A stretch of 64,000 bases of DNA from Ignavibacteria bacterium (lineage in GTDB: Bacteria; Bacteroidota; Ignavibacteria; Kapaibacteriales; UBA2268), in the NCBI GenBank assembly GCA_012518115.1, contig JAAYTD010000004.1, forward strand, positions 2,881-66,880. The letters run 5' to 3'. Numbering within the stretch: the stretch's first letter is position 1; each line of letters begins with the position of its first letter. Of this stretch, positions 18,363 through 28,808 are shown one piece after another. The notes beneath the pieces were generated by a model. It searched no databases and was not told the DNA's origin. It was given only the letters and a program-made list of their open reading frames with translations. Both the position numbers and the translations under genes were made by a program.

Positions 18363-20834
18363 ATGTTATTTGTGCATAGTAAATTTTCATTTTTTACTTT
18401 ACGAAATCTGTTTTTTCTTTTTATTTTTTCTATTTTATTTACAAATCCTATTTATTCTCAAGATAAAGCTAGTATTTCTGGAAGAATCATAGATGCCGAT
18501 ACTCAAAAGAATTTGCCGAGTGCGACGGTTGTACTGTTAAATCCTCAAGATAGCTCAATTGTTTCGGGAGCAGTAAGCGATAAAAACGGCGAATTTAATA
18601 TCAAAACTTCATTTGGAAAATATCTACTTCAAGTTAAATTTGTTGGATATGAAACGCGCTTTGTTTCGGATATTGTCCTTGAAAAAGGAAGAGAAAAGTT
18701 AGAACTCGGAAATATATCTTTAGCTCCAACTGCTCTTATTTCTGATGAAGTAATGGTTACTGCTGAAAAAGAGAATGTAGCTATAGGGATAGATAAGCGT
18801 ATTTTCAATGTTACAAAAGACTTAGTTACAACAGGTGGAACAGCAGTAGATGTTCTAAGGAATTTACCTTCCGTGTCTGTGGATAACGAAGGTAATGTGC
18901 AAATGAATGGAACTAGCGTTAAAATCTTAATAGACGGCAAAGAATCACATCTATCAAGCGATATGGCTTTGCAGTCAATACCTGCCGATTTGATTTCTTC
19001 AGTTGAATTAATAACAAACCCTTCAGCAAAATATGAAGCGGAAGGCGTTTCTGGAATTATTGATATAATATTGAAAACAGAGCGAGATGACGGCTTTAAT
19101 GCTTTATTTGCTGTGCATGGCGGTGTCGCTTTTAATTTTAAAGACACAAAAAATGGTGGAGCTAGTTTTGATGGCAATTATAAGTTCGGTAAGTTCAATA
19201 TTTTTGGAAACCTTTCATCATATTATTATGATATGGATCATAGTTATACAAATACTAGGCAGGCTTGGCAAAAAGATGATACTACACATATTTTGCGAGA
19301 TAATCAGGGCGATTATGGTGGTTTATGGACAAGTGGAAAATTAGGGCTTGATTATAATTTTGATAAACAAACTGTTCTTACTTATTTCCTTTCTTATAAC
19401 GGTGGCTCTAGCGGATATAGTAGTAATAGCTTAGTAAATTATACCGAAAATAATATAATTGCAAAATCGTACAATGATATTTCAAGCAACGATTATAATC
19501 ATAACGTTTTAGCAACAGGGCTAAATTTTAAAAAGAGTTTTGGAAAACAAAATCATACATTGTGGGCAGATATTTACTATTCTATAACAAATTCGCAACC
19601 TGAGGGCTCCTCTATTATGAAATATAATGTTCCTATTGCTTTTGATTTAGAAGCTAGAACACTTGCTGAAAATCGCCGAAAAGCATTTAATGCACAAGTT
19701 GATTATATTCGTCCTATAAAATATATCGGTGATTTTGAAACAGGCGCTAAATTCCGTTTGAACAATTTTGATGAAAAAAAAGATTATGATAATCTTGTCA
19801 ATCAAATTTGGAAAAATGATTTTTCGCGAAGTGATAATTATAATTATAATGAACGTATTAGCTCATTTTATATGCTGTTTAGCAATAAAATATCAAGTTT
19901 TTCTTATAAATTAGGTATGCGTTTGGAAAACACAGATTATGAATTTTTGCAAAAAGCTATTGATACTAGCTATGATAAAAATTATTGGAGCGTAATCCCT
20001 ACTGTTCATTTGGCTTACAATATTAACGAGGCTAATTCTTTTCGGTTAAATTATTCACGTCGTTTGCAACGTCCTTGGACATCTTATCTGAACCCACGTT
20101 TTATTTTATCTACAGATTCGGCTAATGCTTATATAGGTAATGCGGATTTGAAACCTGAGTATTATAATTCGTATGAATTTAGCTATATGCTTTTTACGCC
20201 ACATACAACAATTTCATTAGGCACATATTATCGTAACACTGACGAAGCCATAGAATCTTTATATAAAATTTTAGAAAATGGCGTATTGCTTGCACGACCT
20301 GAAAATCTTACTAAAAGTTCAACTTTAGGTGTAAATGGGAATTTTATGCAAGTTATTACAGATTGGTGGCGGGTAAATCTTGACATTAATTACTATAAAG
20401 TAGATTTTGAAAGCTCTAATCTCAACAAGCGCTCAAATTATAATTGGAATACATATTTTAGTTCTTCTTTTGAGATTTCAGATAATTTTAATGTTCAACT
20501 TACATCTTATTATTATCCTACAGTAATTTCTATGCAATCGGAAAGAGATGATTTTTACGCTGTGAATTTAGGAGCTCGTTATCAATTATTAGATAAAAAA
20601 CTTTCCATAGGGCTGAACTTTAATAATTTACTATATTCTGAGGTATCAAAAAGTACTACTTACGGAAATGATTTTTATTCTGAATATAAAGGCAAATGGA
20701 GCTATCGCTCTTTCTCTCTGAATATTAGCTATAAGCTAAATGATTATAAAGAGAAGTATAGACGTGAAAATATGTACGAAGATGCTAATAAAGGAAGAGA
20801 AGGCGGAATTGGTGAAAAAAATGTAGTGCCGTAG
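18363..20834 (+). CDS. TonB-dependent receptor-like outer-membrane beta-barrel protein with CarboxypepD_reg domain
   Basis: 823 aa with a signal peptide. SGRIIDADTQKNLPSATVVLLN...SDKNGEFNI (carboxypeptidase-regulatory fold), a plug-like region and a long aromatic-rich barrel. Confidence 0.8.
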   Translation: MLFVHSKFSFFTLRNLFFLFIFSILFTNPIYSQDKASISGRIIDADTQKNLPSATVVLLNPQDSSIVSGAVSDKNGEFNIKTSFGKYLLQVKFVGYETRFVSDIVLEKGREKLELGNISLAPTALISDEVMVTAEKENVAIGIDKRIFNVTKDLVTTGGTAVDVLRNLPSVSVDNEGNVQMNGTSVKILIDGKESHLSSDMALQSIPADLISSVELITNPSAKYEAEGVSGIIDIILKTERDDGFNALFAVHGGVAFNFKDTKNGGASFDGNYKFGKFNIFGNLSSYYYDMDHSYTNTRQAWQKDDTTHILRDNQGDYGGLWTSGKLGLDYNFDKQTVLTYFLSYNGGSSGYSSNSLVNYTENNIIAKSYNDISSNDYNHNVLATGLNFKKSFGKQNHTLWADIYYSITNSQPEGSSIMKYNVPIAFDLEARTLAENRRKAFNAQVDYIRPIKYIGDFETGAKFRLNNFDEKKDYDNLVNQIWKNDFSRSDNYNYNERISSFYMLFSNKISSFSYKLGMRLENTDYEFLQKAIDTSYDKNYWSVIPTVHLAYNINEANSFRLNYSRRLQRPWTSYLNPRFILSTDSANAYIGNADLKPEYYNSYEFSYMLFTPHTTISLGTYYRNTDEAIESLYKILENGVLLARPENLTKSSTLGVNGNFMQVITDWWRVNLDINYYKVDFESSNLNKRSNYNWNTYFSSSFEISDNFNVQLTSYYYPTVISMQSERDDFYAVNLGARYQLLDKKLSIGLNFNNLLYSEVSKSTTYGNDFYSEYKGKWSYRSFSLNISYKLNDYKEKYRRENMYEDANKGREGGIGEKNVVP

Positions 20835-20845
20835 ATTTTAATATT

Positions 20846-20911
20846 GTTAATTTTTTAATAGACTACCCCGTCAGGCTAGCGCTTGCCACCCCTTTGTGCT
20901 AAAGGGGAATT
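20846..20911. repeat. GC-rich modular hairpin repeat, locus 2
   Basis: gttaattttttaatagactaccccgtcaggctagcgcttgccacccctttgtgctaaaggggaatt. It has the same left flank and core as locus 1, with a different hairpin loop. It starts 12 nt after the receptor stop codon. Confidence 0.9.
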
Positions 20912-21011
20912 ATAGAAATATCGTTTGTTTGTAGCTAGCTATAGAAAACAAATCAAAAAGTGGCGTACTTTTTGCAGTTCAAATATATAACTAACTTATA
21001 AACAAACAGAT

Positions 21012-21920
21012 ATGAAACTTGAAGAAACTATAGATCACTTTCTAAATTATTCTAAAAATCAACGCAAATTTTCTGAACATACTATAATTGCTTATAGCAA
21101 GGCGCTGAATCAACTTTGTCAATATTTCATTTGTGAATATGATGAAGTTCCAAACATATCTGATATAAGTATCGATATGTTAAGACCTTTTTTAGGTTGG
21201 CTTGATGAACAAGGTATCTCGCGTAATTCTTTGCGATTAAAAGTTTCATCAATGAAAGCATTTTTCAAATTTTGCTATAAACAAAATATTACAGAAAAAA
21301 ATATAGCAAAAAATATAATAGTGCCGAAACGCGAAAAAAGACTTCCGTCATATCTATTAGAAAATGAAGTAACGGATTTGATTGAGAAAGTAAAAGAAGA
21401 AACAGAGACAGAAGAAACAAATTTCGATGCTGTAAGAAATCTTGCTTTAATAGAGTTACTGTATAGCTCAGGTTTGAGAATTAGCGAAGCTTTGCAAGCA
21501 ACTTTGAATGATATAGACTTTTCTAAAAAATTGATAAAAGTAACAGGAAAAGGCAGAAAGCAAAGACTTGTGCCATTAGGAAGTAAAGCTATAGGCGCTC
21601 TTAAAGAATATATGAAAATTAGGTATTCTGTAGCTAATAAAACAAATTTAATCTTTATTACAAAAAGTGGAAGACCATTTACCGCTAATGCAGCGTGGCG
21701 AGTTCTAAATAAAGAAATGCAAGGAATAGCAAAAGCTAAGCAGAAAAGCCCGCATACATTACGACATTCTTTTGCTACTCATTTGCTAAACGCAGGAGCG
21801 GCATTGCCATCTGTCAGCGAAATGTTAGGACATTCTTCTGTTGCTACAACTCAAATATACACTCATGTTTCCGTTAAACGACTAAAGGAAGCTTATAGAC
21901 AAGCACATCCGAAAGCATAA
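21012..21920 (+). CDS. tyrosine site-specific recombinase XerC/XerD family
   Basis: 302 aa. Catalytic signature ...GLRISEA..., HTLRHSFATHLL and GHSSVATTQIYTHV (R-H-R-Y). Confidence 0.85.
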   Translation: MKLEETIDHFLNYSKNQRKFSEHTIIAYSKALNQLCQYFICEYDEVPNISDISIDMLRPFLGWLDEQGISRNSLRLKVSSMKAFFKFCYKQNITEKNIAKNIIVPKREKRLPSYLLENEVTDLIEKVKEETETEETNFDAVRNLALIELLYSSGLRISEALQATLNDIDFSKKLIKVTGKGRKQRLVPLGSKAIGALKEYMKIRYSVANKTNLIFITKSGRPFTANAAWRVLNKEMQGIAKAKQKSPHTLRHSFATHLLNAGAALPSVSEMLGHSSVATTQIYTHVSVKRLKEAYRQAHPKA

Positions 21921-21922
21921 AT

Positions 21923-23224
21923 ATGAAAAAAAAAGTTGTTATAATCGGTGCAGGTATAGCAGGAATAAGTGCTGCAAAAGAATTGTTAGAAACAGGACGT
22001 TTTGAAATAACTGTTCTTGAACGAAACAATTATATTGGCGGGCGATGTTGTTCATTTACCGATAAAGAACAGAAAGAATTTGATAATGGACAACATATTA
22101 TGGCAGGAGCATATTCAACTTTTTTTGAATTGGTAAAATGGTTCAAAACGGAAAATATATTCTACTATCCCAAAGCTATTAATGTACCTTTCTTAACAAA
22201 ATCAAACCAAAAATATATATTCAATTGCGAAAAACTACCCGGAAAACTTGGACAAATAGCAGGATTAATAAATATAAAAATACTTTCTATACCAGAAAAA
22301 ATAAAATTGTTAAATGTACTTTTCGCTGACAATAAATATAAAGATAACGACATTTCTGTTCTTGAATTTCTGACTGAAAAGAAACAAAGTGAAAATGCAA
22401 TTCTTTATTTATGGGAGCCAATAACTATAGCTACTTTGAATTGTGATATAAAAAATGCTTCAACATACTTGTTTCTAAACGTCATAAAGCGATTGATAAA
22501 CGGAAATGCAAACGAAAGTAAACTTGTTTTTCCAACAAAACCATTGTCGTATATATTTGCTGGTTTTGAAAAAAAAACTAACGTGATATTAAGAAATAAT
22601 GTGTTTAATATACTATCGCAAAATGGACGTTTTGTCGTTCAATCAATAGGAAAAGCTGATACTTATGCTGATTATATTATTTCTACTGTTCCACCTTTTG
22701 CACTTGCAAATATAACAAGAAATTTAGCAAGCCTAACAAATTTTAATAACTTTAATAAGAGTTTGGATTATTCTACGATTGTCTCGTTATATTTGAAATT
22801 TGATAGAGAAATAATGCAAGAAATATTTTTTGGAGCAATAGGAACAAAAATCCATTGGGTTTTTAATTTGCAAAAATTGCAAAATTTATCTGAAACAATA
22901 CTAGCTGTTACAATAAGTGCTGCTGAAGAGCTTGAGAATATGAAGCAAAGCGAAATACTTGAAATAGTTTTAGAAGAAATGAAAAGTTTATTGCCTGATG
23001 TTTCAAAAGCAGTATTGCTGGATTATAAGATTTTCAAAAACAAAAAAGCTACTAATCGAATTACATATAAAAACAGCAACTTACGACCTGATAATCGTAC
23101 CGAAATTCCTAACTTTTTTATTGCAGGCGATTGGACTGCAACAGAGTTACCTCCGACTATAGAAGCTGCAGCATTAAGCGGAAAATTAGCAGCACAAGAA
23201 ATAATAAAACAAGAAGATTTATAA
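21923..23224 (+). CDS. FAD-dependent oxidoreductase, HpnE (hydroxysqualene dehydroxylase)/phytoene-desaturase family
   Basis: 433 aa. VVIIGAGIAGISAA dinucleotide fold, GGRCCSF...FDNGQHIMAGAYS, and C-terminal FIAGDWTATELPPTIEAAALSG. This pattern resembles HpnE. No hpnC, hpnD or shc genes are nearby. Confidence 0.6.
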   Translation: MKKKVVIIGAGIAGISAAKELLETGRFEITVLERNNYIGGRCCSFTDKEQKEFDNGQHIMAGAYSTFFELVKWFKTENIFYYPKAINVPFLTKSNQKYIFNCEKLPGKLGQIAGLINIKILSIPEKIKLLNVLFADNKYKDNDISVLEFLTEKKQSENAILYLWEPITIATLNCDIKNASTYLFLNVIKRLINGNANESKLVFPTKPLSYIFAGFEKKTNVILRNNVFNILSQNGRFVVQSIGKADTYADYIISTVPPFALANITRNLASLTNFNNFNKSLDYSTIVSLYLKFDREIMQEIFFGAIGTKIHWVFNLQKLQNLSETILAVTISAAEELENMKQSEILEIVLEEMKSLLPDVSKAVLLDYKIFKNKKATNRITYKNSNLRPDNRTEIPNFFIAGDWTATELPPTIEAAALSGKLAAQEIIKQEDL

Positions 23225-23251
23225 TACAATTTCTAAAAATCTTCTAAATAA

Positions 23252-23286
23252 AAAAAGGCTAAATCCTGAATGGAAACAGCCTTTTT
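23252..23286. terminator. possible bidirectional terminator between convergent genes
   Basis: aaaaaggct / agccttttt stem (9 bp) with a 17-nt loop, flanked by A- and T-runs. The loop is large, so confidence is modest. Confidence 0.4.
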
Positions 23287-23338
23287 ATATGTCTTAACAA
23301 GTTTTATCAGACAGAAATATAAAAGAATTTATTTCCTT

Positions 23339-24397
23339 TTATTGTTCACTGATATATCTGTATATGTCAAAATAGATTCCTGCAGAAATTGCTGCTTGCA
23401 TACGAGAAGCTTCGTATTTATCATCAATTAAAAACACTTTAGCGTGATGTTCATTTTCGCTGCTCATTGTAAGATATCCTACTTCAAGTCTCATGAAAGA
23501 GAAACTTGTTGGACGATATTCGATATTAGCGCCAATTTCCAGACCTGCAAGGTCATTTAAGTCTTGATTATCGCAATAAGATAATCTTGCTGCTGCGTTA
23601 AATTTCTTTGAGAAATGATATCTAGCTTGTGCAGTTAGCCCATACATTATTCCCATTTGATGTTCTCCATTATCGTCAATATAAGCATCGTTCCATGTTC
23701 CAAATTGAGCAGTGAAAGCTCCTTCTAATTCTCTTGTAAATCTGCCGCGAAAATCAACAGCAGTGAAAGTTTGGAATGCTTCAGGTTCTGTCATACCTGC
23801 TTCATTACCTACTATAGTTCCAATACTTAATTTCCAATTTGGAACTATTTCGTGCATATCTAAGCGAGCAGAGACAGATTTGCTTCTGTTATTATCGCCA
23901 TCATCTTGCCAACCGGAATTCACAACGCGCACATTTAATCTTGTGTTTACATCAAAATTATAAGCTAAGCCAATTCCTAACTCTCTTGTAGGATATAATT
24001 GACTAGCTAAAGAATAAGAGGTGAAATAGTTGTTCCAGCTATAGTAATCATATTCACCCGGTACATTTTGGAAAAAATATCCGCCTTCAATCCATAAATC
24101 TTCAGAGAGATTAAATGCAAGATTAGCATTAGCTATTGAATTATGATAACCGTCAAAAATAAAAGTAGCTTTCCAAAAATCGCTATTTGCATTTGCTCCT
24201 ATAATAGCATTGTTTAGAGCAAATCTATCCTTTAAGGCATTGTTTGTTGCAAAATCCCTTATTGGAACGCCTTTTATTGTTGCATTGTCGGTTGCATAGT
24301 ATGTATCCATACCACCAGAAATTGTAAATTCTGTTGCAGCTTTTACTGAAGTAAGTGATGCTACAAACATTACTGCTAATAATAAGTATTTTCTCAT
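23339..24397 (-). CDS. putative porin / outer-membrane beta-barrel protein
   Basis: 352 aa. Signal peptide MFVASLTSVKA and alternating strand pattern throughout. Family not recognised. Confidence 0.6.
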   Translation of the reverse strand: MRKYLLLAVMFVASLTSVKAATEFTISGGMDTYYATDNATIKGVPIRDFATNNALKDRFALNNAIIGANANSDFWKATFIFDGYHNSIANANLAFNLSEDLWIEGGYFFQNVPGEYDYYSWNNYFTSYSLASQLYPTRELGIGLAYNFDVNTRLNVRVVNSGWQDDGDNNRSKSVSARLDMHEIVPNWKLSIGTIVGNEAGMTEPEAFQTFTAVDFRGRFTRELEGAFTAQFGTWNDAYIDDNGEHQMGIMYGLTAQARYHFSKKFNAAARLSYCDNQDLNDLAGLEIGANIEYRPTSFSFMRLEVGYLTMSSENEHHAKVFLIDDKYEASRMQAAISAGIYFDIYRYISEQ

Positions 24398-24595
24398 AAA
24401 AGAACCTTAATATTGTTAAAAAATAATTTAAATAAATGATTTTATATTTAAAAATAAAACCAAACTATTCTAAGTATACGAAAAAAAAACAAAAAGTAAT
24501 AGATTTTTTACAAATATTTGTTAAAAAAATGTTATTTTTATAATTATTTTTTGTAAAATAGATGTTAAGTATTAATTTTTCATAAATAAAAAGAC

Positions 24596-26278
24596 ATGGA
24601 TATGAATAAGAAAAAATTATTAAACTGTATAAAACTTATAATAGTTTTATTTTCAACACAAGTAATATTTGCTCAAAGTTTTGATGGAGGTAGCTTCAGC
24701 GGTAGTTTCAACATAGAAGCGCAAACTTATAAAAAAGACACTGTTATAGATGCTCCTAAAGTAAAAGAACAAGTTCAATCTAATGGTTATATGAACTTAA
24801 ACTATACTAATGGTGGACTTTCAGCAGGTATTCGCTACGAATACTATTTAAATCCTTTGTTAGGTATTGATCCGAAATATAAAGGGCAAGGAATTTCTTA
24901 TCGTTATGTAACTTATAATACTGATTTATTAGAAATCACTGCCGGCAACTATTATGAACAATTTGGTAGTGGCGTAATTTTTCGTTCATATGAGGAGCGT
25001 GCTTTAGGATATGACAACGCTATGGACGGTGCTAGAGTTAAGTTTCGTCCTGTCGAAGGATTAGTTTTAACAGGAATTATAGGAACGCAGCGTAATTATT
25101 GGGAATCTGGTGAAGGGCTTGTCAGAGGTGGCGATCTCAATATGTCACTAAACGACTTATTTTCCATAGAAGCTTCTACTAATATTTTTGCAGGTGCAAG
25201 TTTTATCAGTAATTATCAAGTTGATAATGATGTTTTTTTGAAAATGCCTGAAAATGTTATGGCATATTCAGGACGTTTCGGTTTAATTGGAAATAGCTTT
25301 AGTGTAGATGCTGAATATGCTTATAAATTTAATAATCCTAACGTAACTAATGAGTATAATTATAATCCAGGTTATAGCTATATAGTAAATGGTTCTTATT
25401 TTGCGAAAGGAATAAGTGCTTCACTTAATTTACATAAACTTGATAATATGGACTTCCGCAGTAATCGCTATGCTCAAGGAACTGAACAAATGTTAGGGTT
25501 TGTGCCACCTTTAACAAAACAACACACATATCGTCTTGCTTCAATGTATCCGTATGCAACAAAATTTAATGGTGAAGCAGGTATGCAAGCAGAAGTAGCT
25601 TATAAAATTCCACGAAACACTACTTTAGGTGGAAAATATGGAACAGATATAGCTATTAATTTCTCACGTGTACAATCTATAGATACAACACATACTTATG
25701 AAGATAAGAGTAATCCGGGTAGATTGTACGATTCTCCATTTTTTGGGGTAGGAGATAGATTGTATTTCCAAGATATAAATTTGAACATAAGTCGTAAATT
25801 TACAAATGCATTCAAATCAAGTTTGTCCTTTATAAATCTAACTTATGATAAAGATATTTTAGAAAATGAAGGTGCGGCAAATTCAGGAAAAGTAAATGCT
25901 AATATATTAGTTTTAGATGGAACTTATCGTATTTCACAGATTTATGCACTAAAATGTGAACTGCAACATATGTGGTCAAAACAAGATTCGGCGATTACTT
26001 CGCATGATATAATCAATGGTAATTGGTTGGGATTAATGGCAGAACTTACTATTTCCCCGGGTTGGTTTATTTCAATCTATGATGATTGGAATTATGGAAA
26101 TGAAAGTGAAGAGCGTCAAGTGCATTATTTAAATGCGAACATAGCTTATACATATGGTTCTTCACGATTTTCTCTTGGATATGGTAAGCAACGTGCCGGT
26201 GTTTTATGTGTCGGTGGAGTATGCAGACAGGTTCCAGCATCAAATGGCTTTTATTTGTCAGTTACTACTTCATTTTAA
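24596..26278 (+). CDS. hypothetical outer-membrane beta-barrel protein (possibly DUF6029-like)
   Basis: 560 aa with a signal peptide. Strand-rich, with a C-terminal CVGGVCRQVPASNGFYLSVTTSF tail that I associate from memory with DUF6029. Unverified. Confidence 0.5.
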   Translation: MDMNKKKLLNCIKLIIVLFSTQVIFAQSFDGGSFSGSFNIEAQTYKKDTVIDAPKVKEQVQSNGYMNLNYTNGGLSAGIRYEYYLNPLLGIDPKYKGQGISYRYVTYNTDLLEITAGNYYEQFGSGVIFRSYEERALGYDNAMDGARVKFRPVEGLVLTGIIGTQRNYWESGEGLVRGGDLNMSLNDLFSIEASTNIFAGASFISNYQVDNDVFLKMPENVMAYSGRFGLIGNSFSVDAEYAYKFNNPNVTNEYNYNPGYSYIVNGSYFAKGISASLNLHKLDNMDFRSNRYAQGTEQMLGFVPPLTKQHTYRLASMYPYATKFNGEAGMQAEVAYKIPRNTTLGGKYGTDIAINFSRVQSIDTTHTYEDKSNPGRLYDSPFFGVGDRLYFQDINLNISRKFTNAFKSSLSFINLTYDKDILENEGAANSGKVNANILVLDGTYRISQIYALKCELQHMWSKQDSAITSHDIINGNWLGLMAELTISPGWFISIYDDWNYGNESEERQVHYLNANIAYTYGSSRFSLGYGKQRAGVLCVGGVCRQVPASNGFYLSVTTSF

Positions 26279-26380
26279 TTAGATATATTGGGAATATACT
26301 TAAAATGACCAAGTTTTAAATTAATATTTTGTATTTTTTTACTATATTACTATATTTTTTACTATATTTGTATTTGAATA

Positions 26381-26411
26381 AATTCCCCTTTGGTGCGGCG
26401 AAGGGGAATTT
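26381..26411. repeat. solo hairpin module of the repeat family (aattcccctt-N10-aaggggaatt)
   Basis: Perfect 10-bp stem aattcccctt / aaggggaatt with loop tggtgcggcg. It lies about 100 nt after the stop of the preceding gene and may double as a terminator. Confidence 0.85.
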
Positions 26412-26485
26412 GTTGCTTTTCAATCTGAAAGAGAATTTATTCAATTTGGCGTTGTTACAAAAGCAAGATTTTAATTACAATATAT

Positions 26486-27706
26486 TTGGAAGAAAACAAA
26501 ATGGAAAAAAATAATTCTTTAGAAAACAATTTAATTGAACAAGAAAAAACGTTGTTTTTTCAAGTTTTTAATCGTTTGCCTGTAGTTATAGAAGAAGCAC
26601 GGGAACATTTAATCTGGGACAAATCTGGCGTATGCTATTATGATTTTCTTGGTGGAATCGCTGTAAATGCTTTAGGCTATTCACATCCGAAAATTTTAGA
26701 AGCTATATCTAAGCAATCTGCAAGATATCTACATGTTTCTAACTATTTTTATCAAGATGCGCAAATAAATTTTGCAAAAAAATTAAAAGATATGTCAGGA
26801 TATGATAGGATTTTTCTATCAAATTCTGGTACAGAAGCGAATGAAGGAGCTATAAAACTTTGTCGTAAATGGGGAGCAGATAAAAATAAAACGGAAATGA
26901 TAGCTTTTACAGGTGGATTTCATGGGCGAACTTATGGTTCATTATCTTTGATGGACAAACCGACATATAAAGAGAATATGGGACCTTGGCTCGACGGTAT
27001 GAAAGTTGTTAAGTTTAATGATTGCGACGAATTAGAGAGAAACGTTTCTGAAAAAACAGCGGGTATAATGTTAGAATTTATTCAAGGTGAAGGTGGTCTT
27101 GTTGAAGCTAATCCCGAGTTTATTGTAAAAATCAATGAATTGAAAGAGAAATATAACTTTTTAGTAATTGCTGACGAAATACAAACAGGAGCAGGACGAA
27201 CAGGAAAGTTTTTTGGGTTCCAGCATTATAGAATTACTCCTGACATTGTAACTATGGCAAAAGGAATTGGTGGTGGTTTACCTTTAGGAGCTATTTTAGC
27301 TAAAGAATTTTTGAATAGTGTTTGGTCTAAAGGAAATCATGGAACAACTTATGGTGGCAATGCTTTAGCTTGTGCTACTGGTTTGGTCGTTTTAAAGGAG
27401 CTAGAAAGAGGATTGATTGATATTGTACAAAAATTAGGGATTATTTTTAAGATTAAATTGAATAATTTACAAAAAAGACTTCCTAATAAGATACAGGAAA
27501 TTCGTGGAAATGGGTTGATGTTAGGTGTTGTTTTGACATTTGAAGCTTCTCTTTTAGTAAAAGAAATGTTAGAGAAACATAAAATTATAACAAATGCGAC
27601 TTCTGGTAATGTTTTAAGAATTGTTCCCCCTCTAATAATTAAAGAAGAAGATATTAATTTCTTTGTAGAAAAATTAGAAGAAAGTTTATTGAATTTACCT
27701 AATTAG
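26486..27706 (+). CDS. argD: acetylornithine aminotransferase (class III PLP aminotransferase)
   Basis: 406 aa. SNSGTEANEGAIKL, ADEIQTGAGRTGK, and PLP-lysine context DIVTMAKGIGGG. The start could instead be the ATG at 26501. Confidence 0.82.
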   Translation: MEENKMEKNNSLENNLIEQEKTLFFQVFNRLPVVIEEAREHLIWDKSGVCYYDFLGGIAVNALGYSHPKILEAISKQSARYLHVSNYFYQDAQINFAKKLKDMSGYDRIFLSNSGTEANEGAIKLCRKWGADKNKTEMIAFTGGFHGRTYGSLSLMDKPTYKENMGPWLDGMKVVKFNDCDELERNVSEKTAGIMLEFIQGEGGLVEANPEFIVKINELKEKYNFLVIADEIQTGAGRTGKFFGFQHYRITPDIVTMAKGIGGGLPLGAILAKEFLNSVWSKGNHGTTYGGNALACATGLVVLKELERGLIDIVQKLGIIFKIKLNNLQKRLPNKIQEIRGNGLMLGVVLTFEASLLVKEMLEKHKIITNATSGNVLRIVPPLIIKEEDINFFVEKLEESLLNLPN

Positions 27707-27834
27707 ATACTATTTTTTTCATTTTGTAAAGTTTTTTTCGTATTTTTGTTACTTCTATTTTATGAAATTAACAAAAATAACTATTTTAGAAAAATAGCAT
27801 TTATAAATAATATTAATTAATTGATTTAGAGAAA

Positions 27835-28092
27835 ATGAACAAATACTCTGCTGAAGTTAGGATAGTTTTGCGTAATGGTATTCTTGATGCACAAGGAAAA
27901 GCTATTGAAAATTCATTGCGTAGTTTAGAATTTTCACAGTTAACTAATGTAAAAGTTGGTAAGATTATTAGTTTGCAAGTTGAAGCTGCTGATGATGAAT
28001 CCGCTAAAAAAATAGTTGATAATGCTTCAAAGGAATTATTAGCTAATACTATAATAGAAGATTATTTTATCACTTTAAACAAAATCGAATAG
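27835..28092 (+). CDS. purS: phosphoribosylformylglycinamidine synthase subunit PurS
   Basis: 85 aa, PurS size and pattern (VLDAQGKAIENSL). 7 nt upstream of purQ. Confidence 0.9.
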   Translation: MNKYSAEVRIVLRNGILDAQGKAIENSLRSLEFSQLTNVKVGKIISLQVEAADDESAKKIVDNASKELLANTIIEDYFITLNKIE

Positions 28093-28099
28093 GATATTT

Positions 28100-28780
28100 A
28101 TGAATTGTTCTGTTATTACTTTTCCTGGTTCTAACTGTGATCATGATGCCATATTTGCTGCTGAATTAGCTGGTTGGAAAGTAAAAAATGTTTGGCACGA
28201 AGAAAGAATCTTACCTATAGGTACGGATCTTATTATATTACCCGGTGGATTTTCTTATGGTGATTATTTACGTTGTGGAGCAATAGCACGTTTTTCGCCA
28301 ATAATGCATGATGTTGTAAAATTTGCAGAGAAAGGCGGATATATTATAGGTATTTGTAATGGTTTCCAAATTCTTACGGAAACTAAACTCCTGCCGGGTG
28401 TTCTATTACGAAATAATAATCTAATGTTTAGGTGCAAAGATGTTTCTATACGTGTAACAAATAATAAAACAGCTTTTACGAATAAGTATGTAGAAAATGA
28501 AGTAATTACCTTGCCTATAGCGCATGGAGATGGTAATTATTATGCTGATGAAGAAGTAATAAATGAATTAGAAGGTGAAGATAGAGTAGTCTTTCGCTAT
28601 TCCGATGAAAATGGGAATATAACTGAAGATGCAAATCCTAACGGTTCTATCAATAACATAGCAGGAATTATAAACGGACAAGGCAATGTCCTTGGTATGA
28701 TGCCGCATCCTGAAAGATATTCCGATAAAACTTTGTCATCTGATGCCGGGCTAAAGATGTTTTTAGGAATACTGGAATAG
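28100..28780 (+). CDS. purQ: phosphoribosylformylglycinamidine synthase glutaminase subunit PurQ
   Basis: 226 aa. Nucleophile elbow GICNGFQIL and MMPHPER His motif. Confidence 0.92.
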   Translation: MNCSVITFPGSNCDHDAIFAAELAGWKVKNVWHEERILPIGTDLIILPGGFSYGDYLRCGAIARFSPIMHDVVKFAEKGGYIIGICNGFQILTETKLLPGVLLRNNNLMFRCKDVSIRVTNNKTAFTNKYVENEVITLPIAHGDGNYYADEEVINELEGEDRVVFRYSDENGNITEDANPNGSINNIAGIINGQGNVLGMMPHPERYSDKTLSSDAGLKMFLGILE

Positions 28781-28808
28781 TTTTTCTTAAATAAACAGTT
28801 AACTTTTT

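Noticed and set aside
18629-19177. 182-aa minus-strand ORF
   Set aside because: It is antisense to the plug region of the TonB-type receptor, whose sense frame carries recognisable domains.
20931-20944. Palindrome tagctagcta upstream of the recombinase gene as a possible dif or R-M target site
   Set aside because: It is a single 10-bp palindrome with no dif-like 28-bp architecture. CTAG-containing strings are common throughout the window, so there is no evidence of avoidance or special function.
21012-21920. Tyrosine recombinase as a marker of an integrated mobile element
   Set aside because: Its length and motifs fit housekeeping XerC/XerD. The flanks are a TonB receptor and an HpnE-like oxidoreductase. 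I saw no att-like direct repeats, phage genes or tRNA target.
26329-26514. 61-aa ORF upstream of argD
   Set aside because: It spans the repeat hairpin (26381-26411), has low-complexity Leu/Phe/Tyr-rich sequence and overlaps the argD start. It is not credible as a gene.
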